A stretch of DNA of 64,000 nt from Amoebophrya sp. A120 (GCA_905178155.1 CAJINV010000002.1:3474757-3538756); one strand, 5' to 3'. Positions 46,336-60,600 are shown, counted from the first letter of the stretch. A program made the numbers and translations. Notes: generated from the sequence alone by a model not told the origin.

Positions 46336-49300
46336 AAGCCTCAGGGGGTCGCATCGGGTAAGTCGCGCCAACGCGCGGGCGCAGGGGCTGCAGCGCTGCA
46401 TTTGGTTTCTACCGTCAGTGGTGTGGGCCAGAATGTGAAAAGTCATTTGACCTGTGACCTTTATGAAAGGGCCGCTAATTACGTCATGTAGAGTAGCTGT
46501 ATTCTCGGTGTAGTTGCAGCAAAATTTGGAATCGTGGAGGCTTTTGCCAGAAGTATGAAATACTTGCTGAGCCTGAAAGGACCACGGAAAGGCGCCCACT
46601 CTTGCCAAAATCGGGCACGCAGACCGCCGAAGGATGGCCGCCACCCAATGCATAGGGCCGGGCGCGCTTGCCCTGGCCCTGTTGTTTGAGCTGCTAAGCG
46701 GCGCGCCTTCGGGGCCGCCCGAGAAAGAAAGGGGCCGCGGCTTTCTTTTTGGACCTACCTGCGCGGCGGGTCCGCCGCCTGTTACAGCTTCGGCGCCGCC
46801 AGCAGCGCCGAGCCAGCCCGGCGAACTGTTAGGCACAACTTCAGCCAACCACCCAGCCAGCCCGGCGGCTCTACGCCATTGGCGCCAAGTTTTCGCTCCG
46901 CCCCAGGCCGCAGGGCACGCGGAGAAGGAACTGCCCGCGGCAAGTTGTTTCGTGTGGGCCCCCCGCACAAAGCAGCGACCGGCGGGCCGGCGCAGGGCTT
47001 CCGTTGGTTCTTTGGGCCGAGGGGCGCTGCCAAGCTTAGGCGCCCGCGCGCGCGCTGGTTGGGGCACGCCGCGGGCCTTGCAGGTTGCGCGTCGCGGCGC
47101 CGGCCATCATACAATTGGGGCGGCGCGGGGCGGTAAAAGCCGTGGCGCCTTGTTGGCAGCCAACAAGGCGCCGCCCTGCGGCGCCGGGAGTCCCGGCGCC
47201 GCGCTGCCGTGCAACGAAGTCGCAAAACGGTTTTACGGCGCTGGGGCGAGTTTCAGCGTCTGGCGCCTCGTCGGAAAAAGCGAAGCCCTGGCGCAGGCCC
47301 GCGGGGGCCAGATTGGTTATTGTGTTGGCTCGTCCGTGACGCAGGGGGGCGGGCGAGGGGGCCGTGGGGGGTCCCATGTTGGCGGCAGGAAGACGGAGGC
47401 CGTTGCGCGGGTATTTTGAAACGGGCTGGGAAATTTTGCCGGGCCGGCGCCCGTCGGGGCCGGCAGGCTCCAGTAAATTCAAGCAGAAAACGGAGGCCCC
47501 GCGCCCTCTGCGTGTTGTTTTCTTGCCTGCCTGCGTCGGCCGCGCGCCGCCGGCGCCCCCACGTGCGTCCGTGGCGTGGGGTGGCCGCCAGGGCGGACCC
47601 GGTCGGCCCGGCCCCGTGGGTCGGTGTCCAGGCTGGCTTCTGCCAAAGCAGTCCCTCCAGACGATCGAACGCTTTATCTGCGAGCGGGTCGTCGGCGTCT
47701 AGTCAGTCGCGGGCCGGGAATTTTACGCCGCCCGCGGCGCGGTCCCACTTCCTTGGCCGCTTCTTCGATTGCTAGCCTAGCTGGAATGTGCGCACCGGGC
47801 GCCGGGGGCGGCGCGCGGGCCTCTCCTTCCTTGTGCTTGGATAGGCATAGTCTCGGCCGCTCCTGCGCGTCGTGCGTGGGCGTGTGGCGCTGGCCCCTTT
47901 CGGGCATCCATGTTTTCCTCCGCGCCGCCTCCGCGGCGGGCGAGGCTGGGCCGGCCGGGTCGGGGCGCTCCCTCGCACGTGGTGGATGGCGCGCGCGCGC
48001 GCGCGGCGAACAGGGCCCGCGCCTTCGCCTCAGCCCGATCGAACGATGGATCATTTGAAACCATTGGCACTGGCGCCGCGCGCAGCTACTTGTGCTCAAT
48101 CATGGTGCGCGGCACCTACTTACGCCACGCAACCTTTCTAGGCCAACCGAACGGTTGCGCGGCCGGTGTGCCTTGGCCGGACGCTGTCCCTGTCCTGCAT
48201 CTGGCTGTTAGCATTTTGAAGAGTGGGTCCTGCGGAAGCCTGCTACTGACATGGCTGCCCAGTGTCGCTTGCTGTCAGCCTGGAAGTGTTTTCCGTGCGA
48301 AGTTCTGGGACAACAAGCGCGGTCCCGTACCACGTGAAAAATGAAAAAGTAGTGCCTTCCCTATACTAGTATCAGCCCCAAGCACAGTGATGAGAGGTGC
48401 GCAGGTCGCGATGAAAGAGAGAAGCTGCGATGTGATTGCTTGGAGAGCGCGTTGTCTTCTATACAACCTCAGTCTACTTACAATTGAGTTGTGGACGATC
48501 CGTCTCACGAGTAAGCAGGAGAACAGTTCTTGTGTATATGAGCATTCAAAAAGCGCAACAACCTAAAGTGCCTTGCCAACATTTTAATTTTTGACTTTGG
48601 TAAGAACTATCGGTGTAATAAAATCAAGCAAGTTCGATCAAATTGTTGATGTTTATGGAGCAAAATTTGATGAAGTCATGATCTCTTTCGCCAGAGGTAC
48701 GAAAATCTGAAAGGATCATAGGTAAAGTCAAATGAGCAAATGATTGCACAACTACTTACGGCGATCAAAATTATGGTCCGAGATCAGCATTGTCAACTTC
48801 TCGGGCGCTTGAACAATTGGTCAAATGTTCTTCGGTCGCTTAAACAACTCGGTCCTCCTCCTCGCAGAAATTTTTCTTCGCGTTGACACTCTTCAGACTC
48901 AGAGCTTGGGATCACAATCAAAGCAGGAAAGTAGAGCAGCACTCGACTTCTATCAGTCTCAAGAAACACAAACTGTAGCATCAAGTCCGACTTATTATTT
49001 TGAAACTCAACAACGATATCGAAAATTTACGAGTACTAAAAGCCTAAAGAAGAGTCAAGTACCTCGTAACGACCGCACGAGCCGCCTTTTCAAGCTTGCG
49101 AATAAAGCCGGAAAGCAGATTTTTGAAGACCGAAAAAACCCTCGTGCACGCGCTTTTTTGTATAGCTCATCTTTGCAGTCATTCAACACATCACCATAAG
49201 TCCAACGATTTATAGTATTTCGTATTGATCACAGAAAAGGTAGGAACAAAGGCTTCCAAAATAAAAGCTTCGACATATAATCTTTGCTGCACCACCAGGA

Positions 49301-49526
49301 CCAGCAAAGTTGTCCTTATACTGGAAGTTGTTGCACCACTACTCATCTGTGAAACATAAACGTAGTGCTATAATTCACTTTTTTTTATAAACCCATTGTT
49401 ATTCCAGGCGCTTACTAGCAACTTGGCAAGTTTCTTCATCTACTCGTCAAAAATTTTTACCCCCACAGTCACTATTTTTTTTTCTTCGATATTTCGATCT
49501 GCAATTGTATCTGTCTCTGTACCAAC

Positions 49527-52500
49527 ATGGCCTTTCACAAGAACTCGAAGATGGTTTTCTCCAGCGCAGGAAGCACCCGCGCTCCGATTCTTGTTGCTGC
49601 CATTGTAGTTGTGTTGCAGTTGACGGCATTGATGTCCACCTCCTCGTCCACAGGTTTCAATCTTTTCGCAGCAGCCGTGCAAGTTCAGGCTGCAAAGGGT
49701 AGTAGTTCAACGAGCACAAGAACGCAGGATGCTCGTCTGGTGGGTCAGTGTGTTGTGTACGCGTCCGAAATTCAGGAGTGGTGTCACAATGCTCAGGTGG
49801 ACTCGCTTATCGCAAGGAAAAACTGTTTCACTGTAAACTTGTGATGCGTAGTAAAATGGAACAGTGAAGTATTTATTGTCTTGCTGCACATGCAAGACAG
49901 TGGGTTTTCAGCTGGGTTTTCCCTTAAGAAGCTTGCATGGAAAATTTTCTCGGTCATGTAGATTAAACTTGTGATGCAAAACGTGCCAAACCCTTAGTTA
50001 CAGTGAAACACTTTTTTCGTACGATATCGCTGGATAAAGTTCTCGGAGATATGACTTCATCTTCGAACCCTGGTGCAGCTCCTGCTCCCGCGTCGGTGCA
50101 GCAAAAGATCACTTGGGTGAAAGACTTTCTGGGTCAGTTTAGCGAACACCTGACAGTGAAAGTTAAGGAGGTGTTTGAGGTAGGAACAACTGCAGTAGAA
50201 GGAGAAAAGCATGGTCAGGAGCGAGTCTACTTTCTGGAGACGTGGCAGGAATTCCGCAGCTATGTCGAAGCAGAATTCGGCATTAAGAAGCGGAAGTCTT
50301 TTCGTGGCACCTTTGGGGACTACAAGCGCATGTGGGCCAAATTTGCGGAGCTGCTAATGCCCTTCGTCCTTGACGTCAACTTAGCATTTGGCCTTCACCG
50401 GGTCGTCTCCGCCGCCCACAAATGCCTGGAGCCACGCACGATTTTCGTGGATAAGGAGTGTAAAGAGGTTTTGCATCTGAAAGAAAACAGAGACCACGAC
50501 TGGGCTGACTCACAGTTTACAGACCGAGACCTGCTAGACAATTACGTACGCGAAGCGGAAGCAAAAAAGCGGGAGGTCGAGGTGGAATTGTTTCAAGAGC
50601 TCGTGAGGCAGGTCCGGAAGCGCCAGCTGGCGATGGCCGTGGAGGCTTCTGCTGCTCGTCCCGCGGTAGTGCAGCTGCCCGAAGGAGGCCTCACAACTGG
50701 TGTGTATCAAATGTAAAAATGTCTGGGTCTGGAAGAGTCATCCTGTTTTTGCATGACACAGAAGGTCTGGCATGGAAGCTGTAGCATCACCGGTTTCGAG
50801 AAGCTTCCGCAATGCCGAATCCGCATGACAAATCCCCCAATTTGGTGACAGAAAGTGGGTACCTTTTGCTACCTATGCATGAGAGATTTTTCTGTGTTCT
50901 GAAATGCGCATCACAAGTTTGCATTCTTCCAGACCCAGACCACACTTTTGCAGTTCATAGTGTGGACGATCCAACTATCTCCACATCACCGGACGACGAC
51001 GAGCTATCAAATGTAAAAATGTCTGGGTCTGGAAACTTGTGATGCTGTGTGGCGTATCATGAGGAGGCGACAATTGCTGGCTCAGCATGACAAGTTTCTG
51101 AGCTTCTAGGTGTTGCCTATTCTGCATGACAAACTACGTTTCTGCATTCTAGCAATCGATAGCGGTTTTGCGGCTGCGGCCGGGTGGTAGCTAGGACGTG
51201 GAGCAAGTATCCACCTAGGGGTATCGGCAGAGGCTAAATCTGTTCTAACGCCCAAGGTATCGGCAGAGGCTAAATCTGTTCTAACGCCCACCCGCCAGGA
51301 GTGAAATGGTCACTACTACTACTACATGCATGACAGAAAAGTGGGGCTCTTTGGTAATGTGCATGACAGATTTAAGAGTCATGCCAGACAAGCATGACAA
51401 ACTTGCATTCTTCCAGACCCAGACATTTTTACATTTGATACGAGCTATCTGACTCTGATTCATCGGGGGGGGAAAACACCAAACACTCCGAGGAAAGGAT
51501 TAAGCAAGCGACGAAAAACAGGATTGACGATGAGAAAAAAAAGCTTGCTAACGCGGAAGAACGAGAAATGCTTGAAAAAATGCTGGAAGAAGGTCGAGAA
51601 GAGGCCGAGATGTTTCTGAAAGAGCAAAAAGAGATACCGGAGTGCACGACACCTCCGTCCCCGCTTCTCGTTTCATTTGTGATGGTGCAAATTAAGTAAG
51701 TAATATTGAACGAACACCGCGTAATATGGCACACCTGGTTTTTCTCTTTTGGCATTTTTTGCATGGCAAGTTATTCAACATGATCTAGATGATATTTATT
51801 ACCAATGTTGCCAAAAAGCACTGCATTCGACATGGAGTAGCTTTGTCGTTAGGAGGCGAAAGCGTTGTTGTTGCTTGTGTTGCTGAAGACGCCATGCAAA
51901 TGAGGGGACGAGGGGGACGACGAGTAGTTTTCCACTCTGATAAGACAAGGGCCTGACCCGGAATTTTTTGGAAGAGGCTAGACACCAAGACCAGCAGAAG
52001 GCGAAGCGCAAGCTCTTCAAAAGTAAACTGGACAAAGCCCTGGTGCAACGAATTGCGGAAGCGATATTGCAAGGCCGGCACCGACGGCCACAAGCCTGGC
52101 GGCGCGTAGAGGCAGACATTCGGCGCCTTGAGATTATCCTCTGTGCAAAGTCTTGTCTGTTCTAATTGCAACAAGAAGGAAGATAAAGGCTCTCTTAAAG
52201 TTTATTCGTAATGTATGTCTGGATTTTTTTGAAAAAGAACGAGAGCCTACTGCTGCGATAAGGAGTCTCACATGCAGACAGGTATTAAGACACAGCTTTT
52301 GCAATGCATAGCGACGCGTTTAGAGAAAGCGCAGTCGGACGATGATATCGTAGTCGGGGTGCTGAACGATTTGTCGCACACCATGAAAAAGAATCTCATC
52401 CGCATCTGTGGACAGGAGGAGGCTGATGTTGCGCCCTCGCCTAGGGGTGCTCCCGTATCCTCAACAACTCCTTGCGTGCCGACCTTGTGGAAGAACGAAT

Positions 52501-55114
52501 TTGCCGAGCGTCTGCAGCAACACAATTGTCCGGCGGTAGGGTTTGAATATGATAACAGGAACAGGCTTCAGTCCCTGAAGTTTGTCTTCCGACCGAATTG
52601 GCAAGAAGAAGTGGAGCGAGGCCAGTTGAAGATTTTCTACCGAGAGAGGCAGCAAGACCGAATCACCCTTGACGAAGCGGTCGAGGTGTCTATCGATGAC
52701 GCTTTGTGGACCTTCCTCGAGAGCAGCGCTTTTGGTGATGCACCAGATGAAAGGTTTGACAAGTTTAACGACTGCCTCGCGCACACGTATCGAGGTGCGC
52801 GGGTTTCCTACCTTGGTAGCCTGCAGCTGCTGGACCTAACACTGACCAGCCAACGGCACAACCTTTCCGAGCTCCTCGGGACTCGCACGAGCCTCGGCAA
52901 CCGGCTGCGGGAGGCGGTGCTCAGTAGCCCCAGTTACAAAAGGGCGATGGAAGTTCAGGCACAGTGGATCAGGTTCCTAACGGAATGGGAGGTGGTTTGG
53001 CGCCAGGAGGTTTGGACATGGCACTTCCAAGTGATGAAGGATTTTGTGGGGTTGGAAGCTGATGAACCGAACTACCAGATGCTGGACACTTTGAAACGAG
53101 AGAGCAATCTGCGCGCTGCTGTTTTTAAAGCGTGGGAAAGTGTCTCTTTTGCGGTTCGTGTGGCCCACCTGCGGGAAGATAAGCCGGACGCCTGTCTCGT
53201 CGGTCTCGCGGGCAGCACCAAGGCCGCCCCCCCTGCGGTCTCCTGCGGGCTGCCTGTCTCCCGTCGCCTCCCAGGCGGCATATCTGGTGCCAACGAGCAC
53301 CCGCGAAAAAAGTTGGAGGCGATTATGACCAATGAGATCCTTGTCTTCGAGCACTTGGACCCGATCAAGAGCATCGAGGAAATGGTGAGCGAGGGAAAAG
53401 TGGGGGCCACAATGCTTTCATCGGAACGGCTGCTGCTGCTTAGCTTTGATATTCCCAAAGCTGCAGCCCCATCCGCCAAGTGTAGCGCTAGTTCTGATGA
53501 CAAGCATCTTCCTTCGCCAGACGGCGCCATCGGCAAACATGATTCGCCAGAAGGGCGGGAAGCATTCTCGTCCGGGCTACAACTTGGGGCACTACTCGAA
53601 GACGAGCAAAAAAACGATGAAGCGCGCGCGAAGGCAACGGGTGTGAATTTCACAGTTGACTATCAAATCGACAGTCCCGCCTTCATGGCCAATCTTCTGG
53701 ACTTCTTTATCAAATAAAAAAAAACCTCCGTTTCGCGGTACACGACATATTGTGATCATCATGCAAAGAAATTTATGCAACTACACGGGATGTTAAACCC
53801 CTGCTGGAACTGCAAAATAAACTATCTTCCTACTCAATATGGAAGTTGTAGACACCAGATTTGTAGCTGTGGCGTCTTCTCAAAAGAAAACGCACTGCGC
53901 ATGGCAACAACAAATAAATTTTTCATCTTTATTGGCATGTGGCGCTGCAGAAGGCTCCTTCTACACAAGATTTATTTGCCTACCGTGCATATGATAATTA
54001 AATAAACCCCCAAGCAAAGTCCGTCGTGTGTAATGAAATCGACCACTTTTTCCGGACGATACAGATACTTTTGAATCTTGGCTTTTCGAAGGAGGTCGGG
54101 AAAAAGAAGAGCCCATCACCACGTTCCGTCCCGAAAGCCGAGTGGGAAAAATTGAAAAAGCAGTTGTTGGACGACTTGACAGACGCGCAGGTGAAAGAAA
54201 AGTTGGAGGAGCATGACGAGAAGCGGGTTTTGCACCGCAGAATCATGATGGACATCTTATTCCAGGAACCCGGAGCAGATGCATTGGAATTCCTGAAAAA
54301 TCGCACGAAACAATTCGACAAGGGAGTCCCGAAGCACAAAAAACCTCTTGCTGCGTTTGTGGGAGGAGGTGGTCAAGGAACAATCCCTGAAGCTTCCGTC
54401 AAGGATATCCTGAGTAAAAACGTACCCACACCAGAGTCAGGATGGGGATTTTGCAACACAAACCCAGGAGTTTTGTGAGTCGCGCATGACAAGTTGCACT
54501 CTGCAGTGTAGTGCAGGTTAGCAAGTGCAGCCGCATCACAGATTCGTCTGCTCATCCTGTTCACAGCATCACAAATTCCAAAACACGACTGGAAATGGCT
54601 CCCATGGGGATGCGCATTACAAGTCTTCCTGTCTTTGCAAATCTGCATTACAACTCTGGTGTGGGTACGTTTTTACTCAGGATAAAGGAAGGATCGGGTC
54701 GTGCGGGCCAGGACGTCGACGACCTGAAGAAGATATGAAATGCAAAAGCATCGTGGTACTCGTATAAATGCATTACAAATTTTGTCAGCATGAGAAATGA
54801 AATTTGTGATGCGGATTTACCTTAAGAAAAAGATTTGTAATGCATGACCGCAATACGAGCGCGATACTCTTGCACAGGATAGAAGAAGTCCCCTTCAGGT
54901 CAAGGCCGCCGACGTGGTGGAGCTGCACGGAGCCCTTCGGCTAGCCGAAGGAAAAGCCGAAGTCCCTCACCGCACAGCAGGAAGAGCCGAAGTCCCTCAC
55001 CGCATATCGTCCGCACAGTGGGAAAAAATAAAAGGGGCAAGAAACCTAGTAGTAAAAAAAAGTAATGCGACAAGATCTACTACTAAATTTAAGGGTAAGG
55101 AACATCTGACCTAG
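49527..55114 (+). CDS. Hypothetical protein with N-terminal hydrophobic segment; multi-exon (extension beyond 53717 tentative)
   Basis: Frame open after removing elements and one GT-AG intron; removing 53708-54067 gives LLDFLNLGFSKE. Confidence 0.6.
49808..50026. mobile_element. Introner, family I (TGTTTCACTGTAA TIR)
   Basis: TSD TCGCT/TCGCT. Confidence 0.88.
50705..50959. mobile_element. Introner, family A
   Basis: TSD GTGTG/GTGTG. Confidence 0.92.
51005..51440. mobile_element. Introner, family A, with nested insertion
   Basis: TSD CGAGC/CGAGC; TIR of about 30 bp. Confidence 0.92.
51148..51326 (+). mobile_element. Nested insertion with (CTA)n tail, possible non-LTR/SINE fragment
   Basis: Flanked by TGCAT/TGCAT; absent from sister copy 16746-17001. 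Confidence 0.6.
51696..51944 (+). other. Canonical GT-AG intron
   Basis: GTAAGT...ATAAG restores the frame. Confidence 0.7.
52135..52310. mobile_element. Degenerate introner
   Basis: TAT..ATA, TSD GAGAT/GCGAC, in-frame join. Confidence 0.6.
53708..54067. mobile_element. Tentative highly degenerate introner
   Basis: TATCAAAT..GATA; removal links two ORFs in frame. Confidence 0.4.
54406..54684. mobile_element. Introner, family B (inverted relative to 12168 and 59403)
   Basis: TSD AAGGA/AAGGA. Confidence 0.92.
54734..54881. mobile_element. Introner, family C
   Basis: TSD GAAGA/GAAGA. Confidence 0.92.
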
Positions 55115-57687
55115 GCACGCTTATGCGCTTCACCTTACGCTAGTTTTGGCGTGGTGTTACAGCTCGCGCGCAACACTGATATTATTTTTCCCAGTGTAGT
55201 CATAATCGATGTGAGTTGGCTAAATTACGAACGCGCCACGCCCTCCCCAGTTCTTAAGGTAATGCGCTCCTTTGACACAACAAGCATGTCGGGCTATTTT
55301 GACCCCGATGTGCCACAACTGTCGGAGGGCGTGGGTAGACAATCCTATGCTAACGCTTTTGCATGTGCCTGGCCTCGGTCTCATTTTTCGCCTCGCTTTT
55401 CTGTGTGGAAGGAGTGCAGTTGAATGTAATTCCTTTGCACCTTGTGGTTGGAGACAGCAGCGCGGCGAAAATAGTGACCTTTCTTTTAAGTTTGTGACAC
55501 ACATGATCTCGTGTGAGCTTTATATTTACATCTACTTGATCGCGTTGCAGACTTTTACGGCCTAGCTCTCAATCCATTTCTTTACAGCAAATTCCGCAGT
55601 AAGTTCCCTAGAAATTTAGTCACTTCACCAGTGCGTTTTGCTTGACAAATTCATATTGAGGCTAGTTGTTGGCACTTGCATTACTCGAACTCGTCGCGGA
55701 TAGCCCTGGCGCTAACGCGCACGTTCTCCCGAACCCCGCATAGACTCGTCTACGAATTTCTAAGGTTTGTCAGAAAGCAATTGAATTCAACTCCAATACA
55801 GCGACCTTGTGCCTTGCATATCGTCCGCATATCGTCCGCACAGTGGGAAAAAATAAAAGGGGCAAGAAGAACCATAGTAAAAAAAAGTAAAGTTCCACAT
55901 CGCTCTTGAAGTGCGACGACGTGTATTGGTACTTAATGAATCTTATTCGATGAGGAACGACCAAGCAGTTTGGTGTATGATGAATCTCTTTTGTTCGTAC
56001 TATGATGAATCCAAATTTCAACCGAAAACTAACAGGGTCGGCACTACTCATTTGACATTTCTTACGTCTATGTAGAAGTCTGTCCACACAAACCTGACGA
56101 GTCACCAAGGCTCGTCGAGTGTGACGACTCAAAGACCTTGATGTGATTACGCATTTCTCATTCTCTGTCGTGTAACTCACTCTCACAATATCTGACCAGG
56201 TTTATGATCTTTACTTTCGAAAAACTTGCAGTTGTCTTTCTCTTTACTTTTCTATTATCCTTTGGCCCAACAAGGCCTCGTTTGGAAAACTAAAATTCCT
56301 GCCGAGGTGCACCAGTGGTGAGGGGCTCATTGTAAGCGTATAAAGATCGAAAACGAAAAGTGCATGCTTGAAGGACTTGCACATCAAAAACAGGAGCTTA
56401 AACACCAGCCACAAGCAGTGCAAAGCTGAAACTTGATCTTCATCCTTTTGGACAGTACTATTAATTTGATGTGTTTATTTTGATCGAATCGAATCTATTA
56501 TATGAAAATTGTGCATTCATTTTCATTCTACCCGTAGTCGTACTAAACCCGAAGTACAAAAGCCCTACTTCTAGTAGTAAAAGTTGATTAAATTAAGCGG
56601 TACTTCGCATTGCGTCATTTTGTTTTGGGTCCTTATGGTCGTGAAATGGCCTAGGCTTTTTCTCTATTCAAACTTTCGGAATTTGCGTCGTATGTAAAAT
56701 CAATTTTCGGAAAAAACAGGTTCTTGACATTTCCCGCAGAGCAAACAAATGAAAAAACGATTCGTAGGGAAAGCAAGTCCTGTGTAGATTTTTCTATCGA
56801 GAGCCATAGAAGATTGAATGTGAATCACCTTTATTAACCACTTATAGAAGTTGTACGCTGGCGCTCCTTGTCCTTTGTGACACAAGATAAAAGTGCCATA
56901 AAGTACAAATGCACAGTTGTGAAACGATATCTGTAGTTGAGAGCACAAGAAGTTCCGGGATATCGAGTCGACATCACAGAACTCCTTGTGTTCTCAGCTG
57001 CAGATCATACCCGACATTATGTCGAGTAGCGTAGTGAAGTGACGTCTTTCGTGTTGCGTTGATGGTTGTAACGGGCATGATCAGTGGCGGCTGCACTGAT
57101 TCTGATGTACATGATGCACGACCTTTGCGGCAGGTTGTACCTCAAGAAGGCTAGTGCGCGCTGCAGTTTTGGCAAAAACTAAGTACTACTCCCCAGTATT
57201 CAGAGGTGAACATTGAAGAAGGACGCAACTGCAACTCCAGCTCCTAGAGATACAATTGCAACAAGAGGGAGGTGCTGAAGGTGTGGCGTTAATACTAGGA
57301 TGTGGCACATGTTGTGTTCCGAGGAAGACGGTTGGAGGAGGAGAGCTTGCGTTTGTGTGAGCAGTACGCTTCTACTTTACAACCACGAGCGAGGCCATTT
57401 TCAGAGAGCCGTGAAAGCCGGGCTCTGAAGATGACATTTTGCTCATTTACTAGCGCCCGGTATACTCTTTATTGTCAGTCATGTCTTTAGATACAGGAGA
57501 GGCGTCGAGAGGTTTGGCAGGTTCGTTAAGTACAACAGAAGAGGTATTAACTATTTGCCCACACAACTCTTCAGGGGCCCGGCTGCAGGCAAATTTACCA
57601 TACAAAAATCGAGAAAAAAAGGCACGCACAGTGAGTGCGAGAACCCAAAGGCGCCGTCTTGCCACGACCAGCGAATAAACTTAAACG

Positions 57688-60600
57688 ATGTTCGGTGGTG
57701 GTGATCCCTTGCTTGCCGCGTTGTTTGCAAAAATCGAACAAGCGCCCGTTGCTGCGTCGCCTGCTGCGAAACCGAAAGAGGACAACAATCTGCCTCCCAC
57801 ACGAGGAGCATGTGACGGCGCGGACGAAACTGGGCACGGGAACGACCTTCAACATGAAGAAGCCGTTGCTGGGTCGAAGCGTCCTGGCCACGGCGAGGCG
57901 TCAGCGGGTGTGGGGAATGATCTCGTGGAAGTAGACGAGGAGGAATCAAAGTTTTCTAGTACGACCGTCGGAAGTTCGAGCGAGACAGAGGGGCAAGAGG
58001 TAGAGCTAGAGGATCACCAAATAGTGCGAGAACAGTCAACAAGGCAACCACCGGCCGCAAACAAGCCAACCGCCCTTCCTGTCGTAGAAGATGAACCACC
58101 TCCGCGGCCACGACCTCGTCTCGAAAAAGTATCCGAAAGTACTGGTAGAACCGTCTACGAGCCGCTAAGAAACAACCGCGCCAGCGTGAAGACCACTAAT
58201 AGTGCCAGTGCCTCTTCTACAACTACCTCTGCGAACATAAATCCATCCAGCCTAAACATCCCGCCAATCAAGCTAAAACTACAGGATTTGATCGAGTTTT
58301 TGCAACAGAAACCAAGTGTATCTCCGGGTATATGAGAGTCCGCAACCCCCCCTCCCCCTCCTTTGTCATGCAAAATCCGAAACCCAGTCGCTGCCCTGTG
58401 GCACTTTTCGCGTGACAAATTCCGGAAGCCCAAAGGGTACTACATGAGGCGCATATTTTTGTCATGCATCGGTTCCATGTGTGCTGGTGTCAGTGTCTGT
58501 ATTGCTGCTCATGCCATACAAATGAGGGGGAGGGGCGGGAGTTGTGCACTCTCATAGGGCAGCTCGTCTTGTCAGAAAAGCGCGTCGTCTCCACCAGCTT
58601 CGTCGTCCCTCTCCGAATCGGAGCGATTAGTGTTCGTCGCCCGACTATGAAATGCAAAAGCATCGACATCGTACTAGTACAAATCGCATGACAAATTTCC
58701 TCAGCATGAGAAAGAAAATTTCTAATGCGGATCTAACCTGAGAAAGAAATTTGTAATGCTTGAATGCGATTAGTACGAGTACGATACTTTTGCACAGGAT
58801 ACCGGCTTTGTGAGGAGGCCGTCCCGCAGTTCCAGCATCTGTGGCAGATTTTGTCACGGCTGTTATGCATTGCAAATATGTCTGGGTCTGCATTTGTGAT
58901 GCAGGACTTCAAGGACAACAAGATCTGTAATGCATGAACACGATTTGCCAGTTTTTTTGGCATGCTGGATGGCAGTTTGTAATGCTAAACACGAAAGAAT
59001 CTGCAAGGAGCCGAGTGAAATTTCTCATGGTGTCATGCCGTACAGGCAGCCAGTTTGCAATGCAAGTATTAGCAACACAAGTTTCCAGACCCAGACAGAT
59101 TTGCGTTTGATAACTGTTGTCGTTGAACGACCCGCAAAACGAGCAGGAAAATTTGACGGGTTTGAAGAAGAAAATGATAGAAGTTTTAAGAGAATTCAAT
59201 ACCAGCGGGAATGTGGAGATCGACGTGGCGGGAGTGTTGGAGAAATTGGTGAAAGAGCACGAGTTGGAAACAGGTGGAAGTACACGTAGTGGTGGTAACG
59301 CTAACGCTGCAAATAAAACACCGGCGACAACAACCACTTTCAGAATTCCGGAAATGCCGGTTCTTGGGTTGGGTTTGTGGAAGATGACAGAACAGGAAAC
59401 TCTATCCTGAGTAAAAACGTACCCACACCAGAGTTGTAATGCAGATTTGCAAAGACAGGAAGACTTGTGATGCGCATCCCCATGAGAGCCATTTCCAATC
59501 GTGTTTTGGAATTTGTGATGCTGTGAACAGGATGAGCAGACGAATCTGTGACGCGGCTGCACTTGCTAACCTGCACTACGCTGCAGAGTGCAACTTGTCA
59601 TGCGTGACTCACAAAACTCCTAGGTTTGTGTTGCAAAATCCCCATCCTGACTCTGGTGTGGGTACGTTTTTACTCAGGAAAACCTCCTGTATCGTCTTCC
59701 TCCAGTGCGTCGACATCCACGGGAACTACTCGGAAAAGAACAGCAGATATCCTGTTTAAAAACGTCCCCACCCCATAGTTGTCATGTAAATCTGCATGCT
59801 GACCTGAGAATCGAATGTTTATGTTCCGCATGCGGAGCCCCATGAGAAGCGTTTTCTAGTCGTGTTTCGGAATTTGTCATGCTCGAATCAGCATGACAGA
59901 CTAGATCTGTGATGCTCTTGAACTAACTGAGCAGGATTACACTACAAGGCCCAACTTGTCATGCGCAACAGCCGAAGCTGTTTGATTTGTGTAGCAGATT
60001 GCCTATCTTGACTATGGGAAGGGGACGTTTTTACTCAGGATAGCAGAACTCAAATCCCTATTGAAACACGCGATTCTCAACTGCACTTGCCGGCGTTTCG
60101 ACACGGCAGCGACCTACGACGATTCCGAAAATGTTTTAGCGGAGGTGCTACATGAGGTTTTGTCATGCAGCACCAGCACAGGAAATTTGTCCCGCTCGGA
60201 TTTCTTCATCCAGACCAAGCTCCCCGATCACGGGTGGAAAAACCCGCAGAAACACATCGACTATCAAATGCAAAAGTGTCTGGGTCTGGAAGGATGTAAC
60301 TTGTGATGCGCATTTCAGAACACACAAAAATCTCTGATGCATAGGCAGCAAAAGCTGCTCACTTTCTGTCACAAAAATGAGGGACTTGTCATGCGGATTC
60401 AGCATTGCGGAAGCTTCTCCTCGAGACCTGTGATACTAGAGCTTCCACGCCAGACCTTCATTTTGTGTCATGCAGAAACAGCATGACTCTTCCAGACCCA
60501 GACACTTTTACATTTCATATCGACGAAGCGTGTGCAAAATTTCCGGGTGGTTACATCGACTTGTATCTGATTCACCACCCAATCACGAAAAGAAGAGACG

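Noticed and set aside
46303-48344. Long overlapping ORFs on both strands
   Set aside because: Same high-GC artefact; no homology evident
52065-52310. Alternative longer element with 4-bp GCGA repeat
   Set aside because: A start at 52135 fits the TIR and size class better and keeps a protein-like exon, though it is not formally excluded
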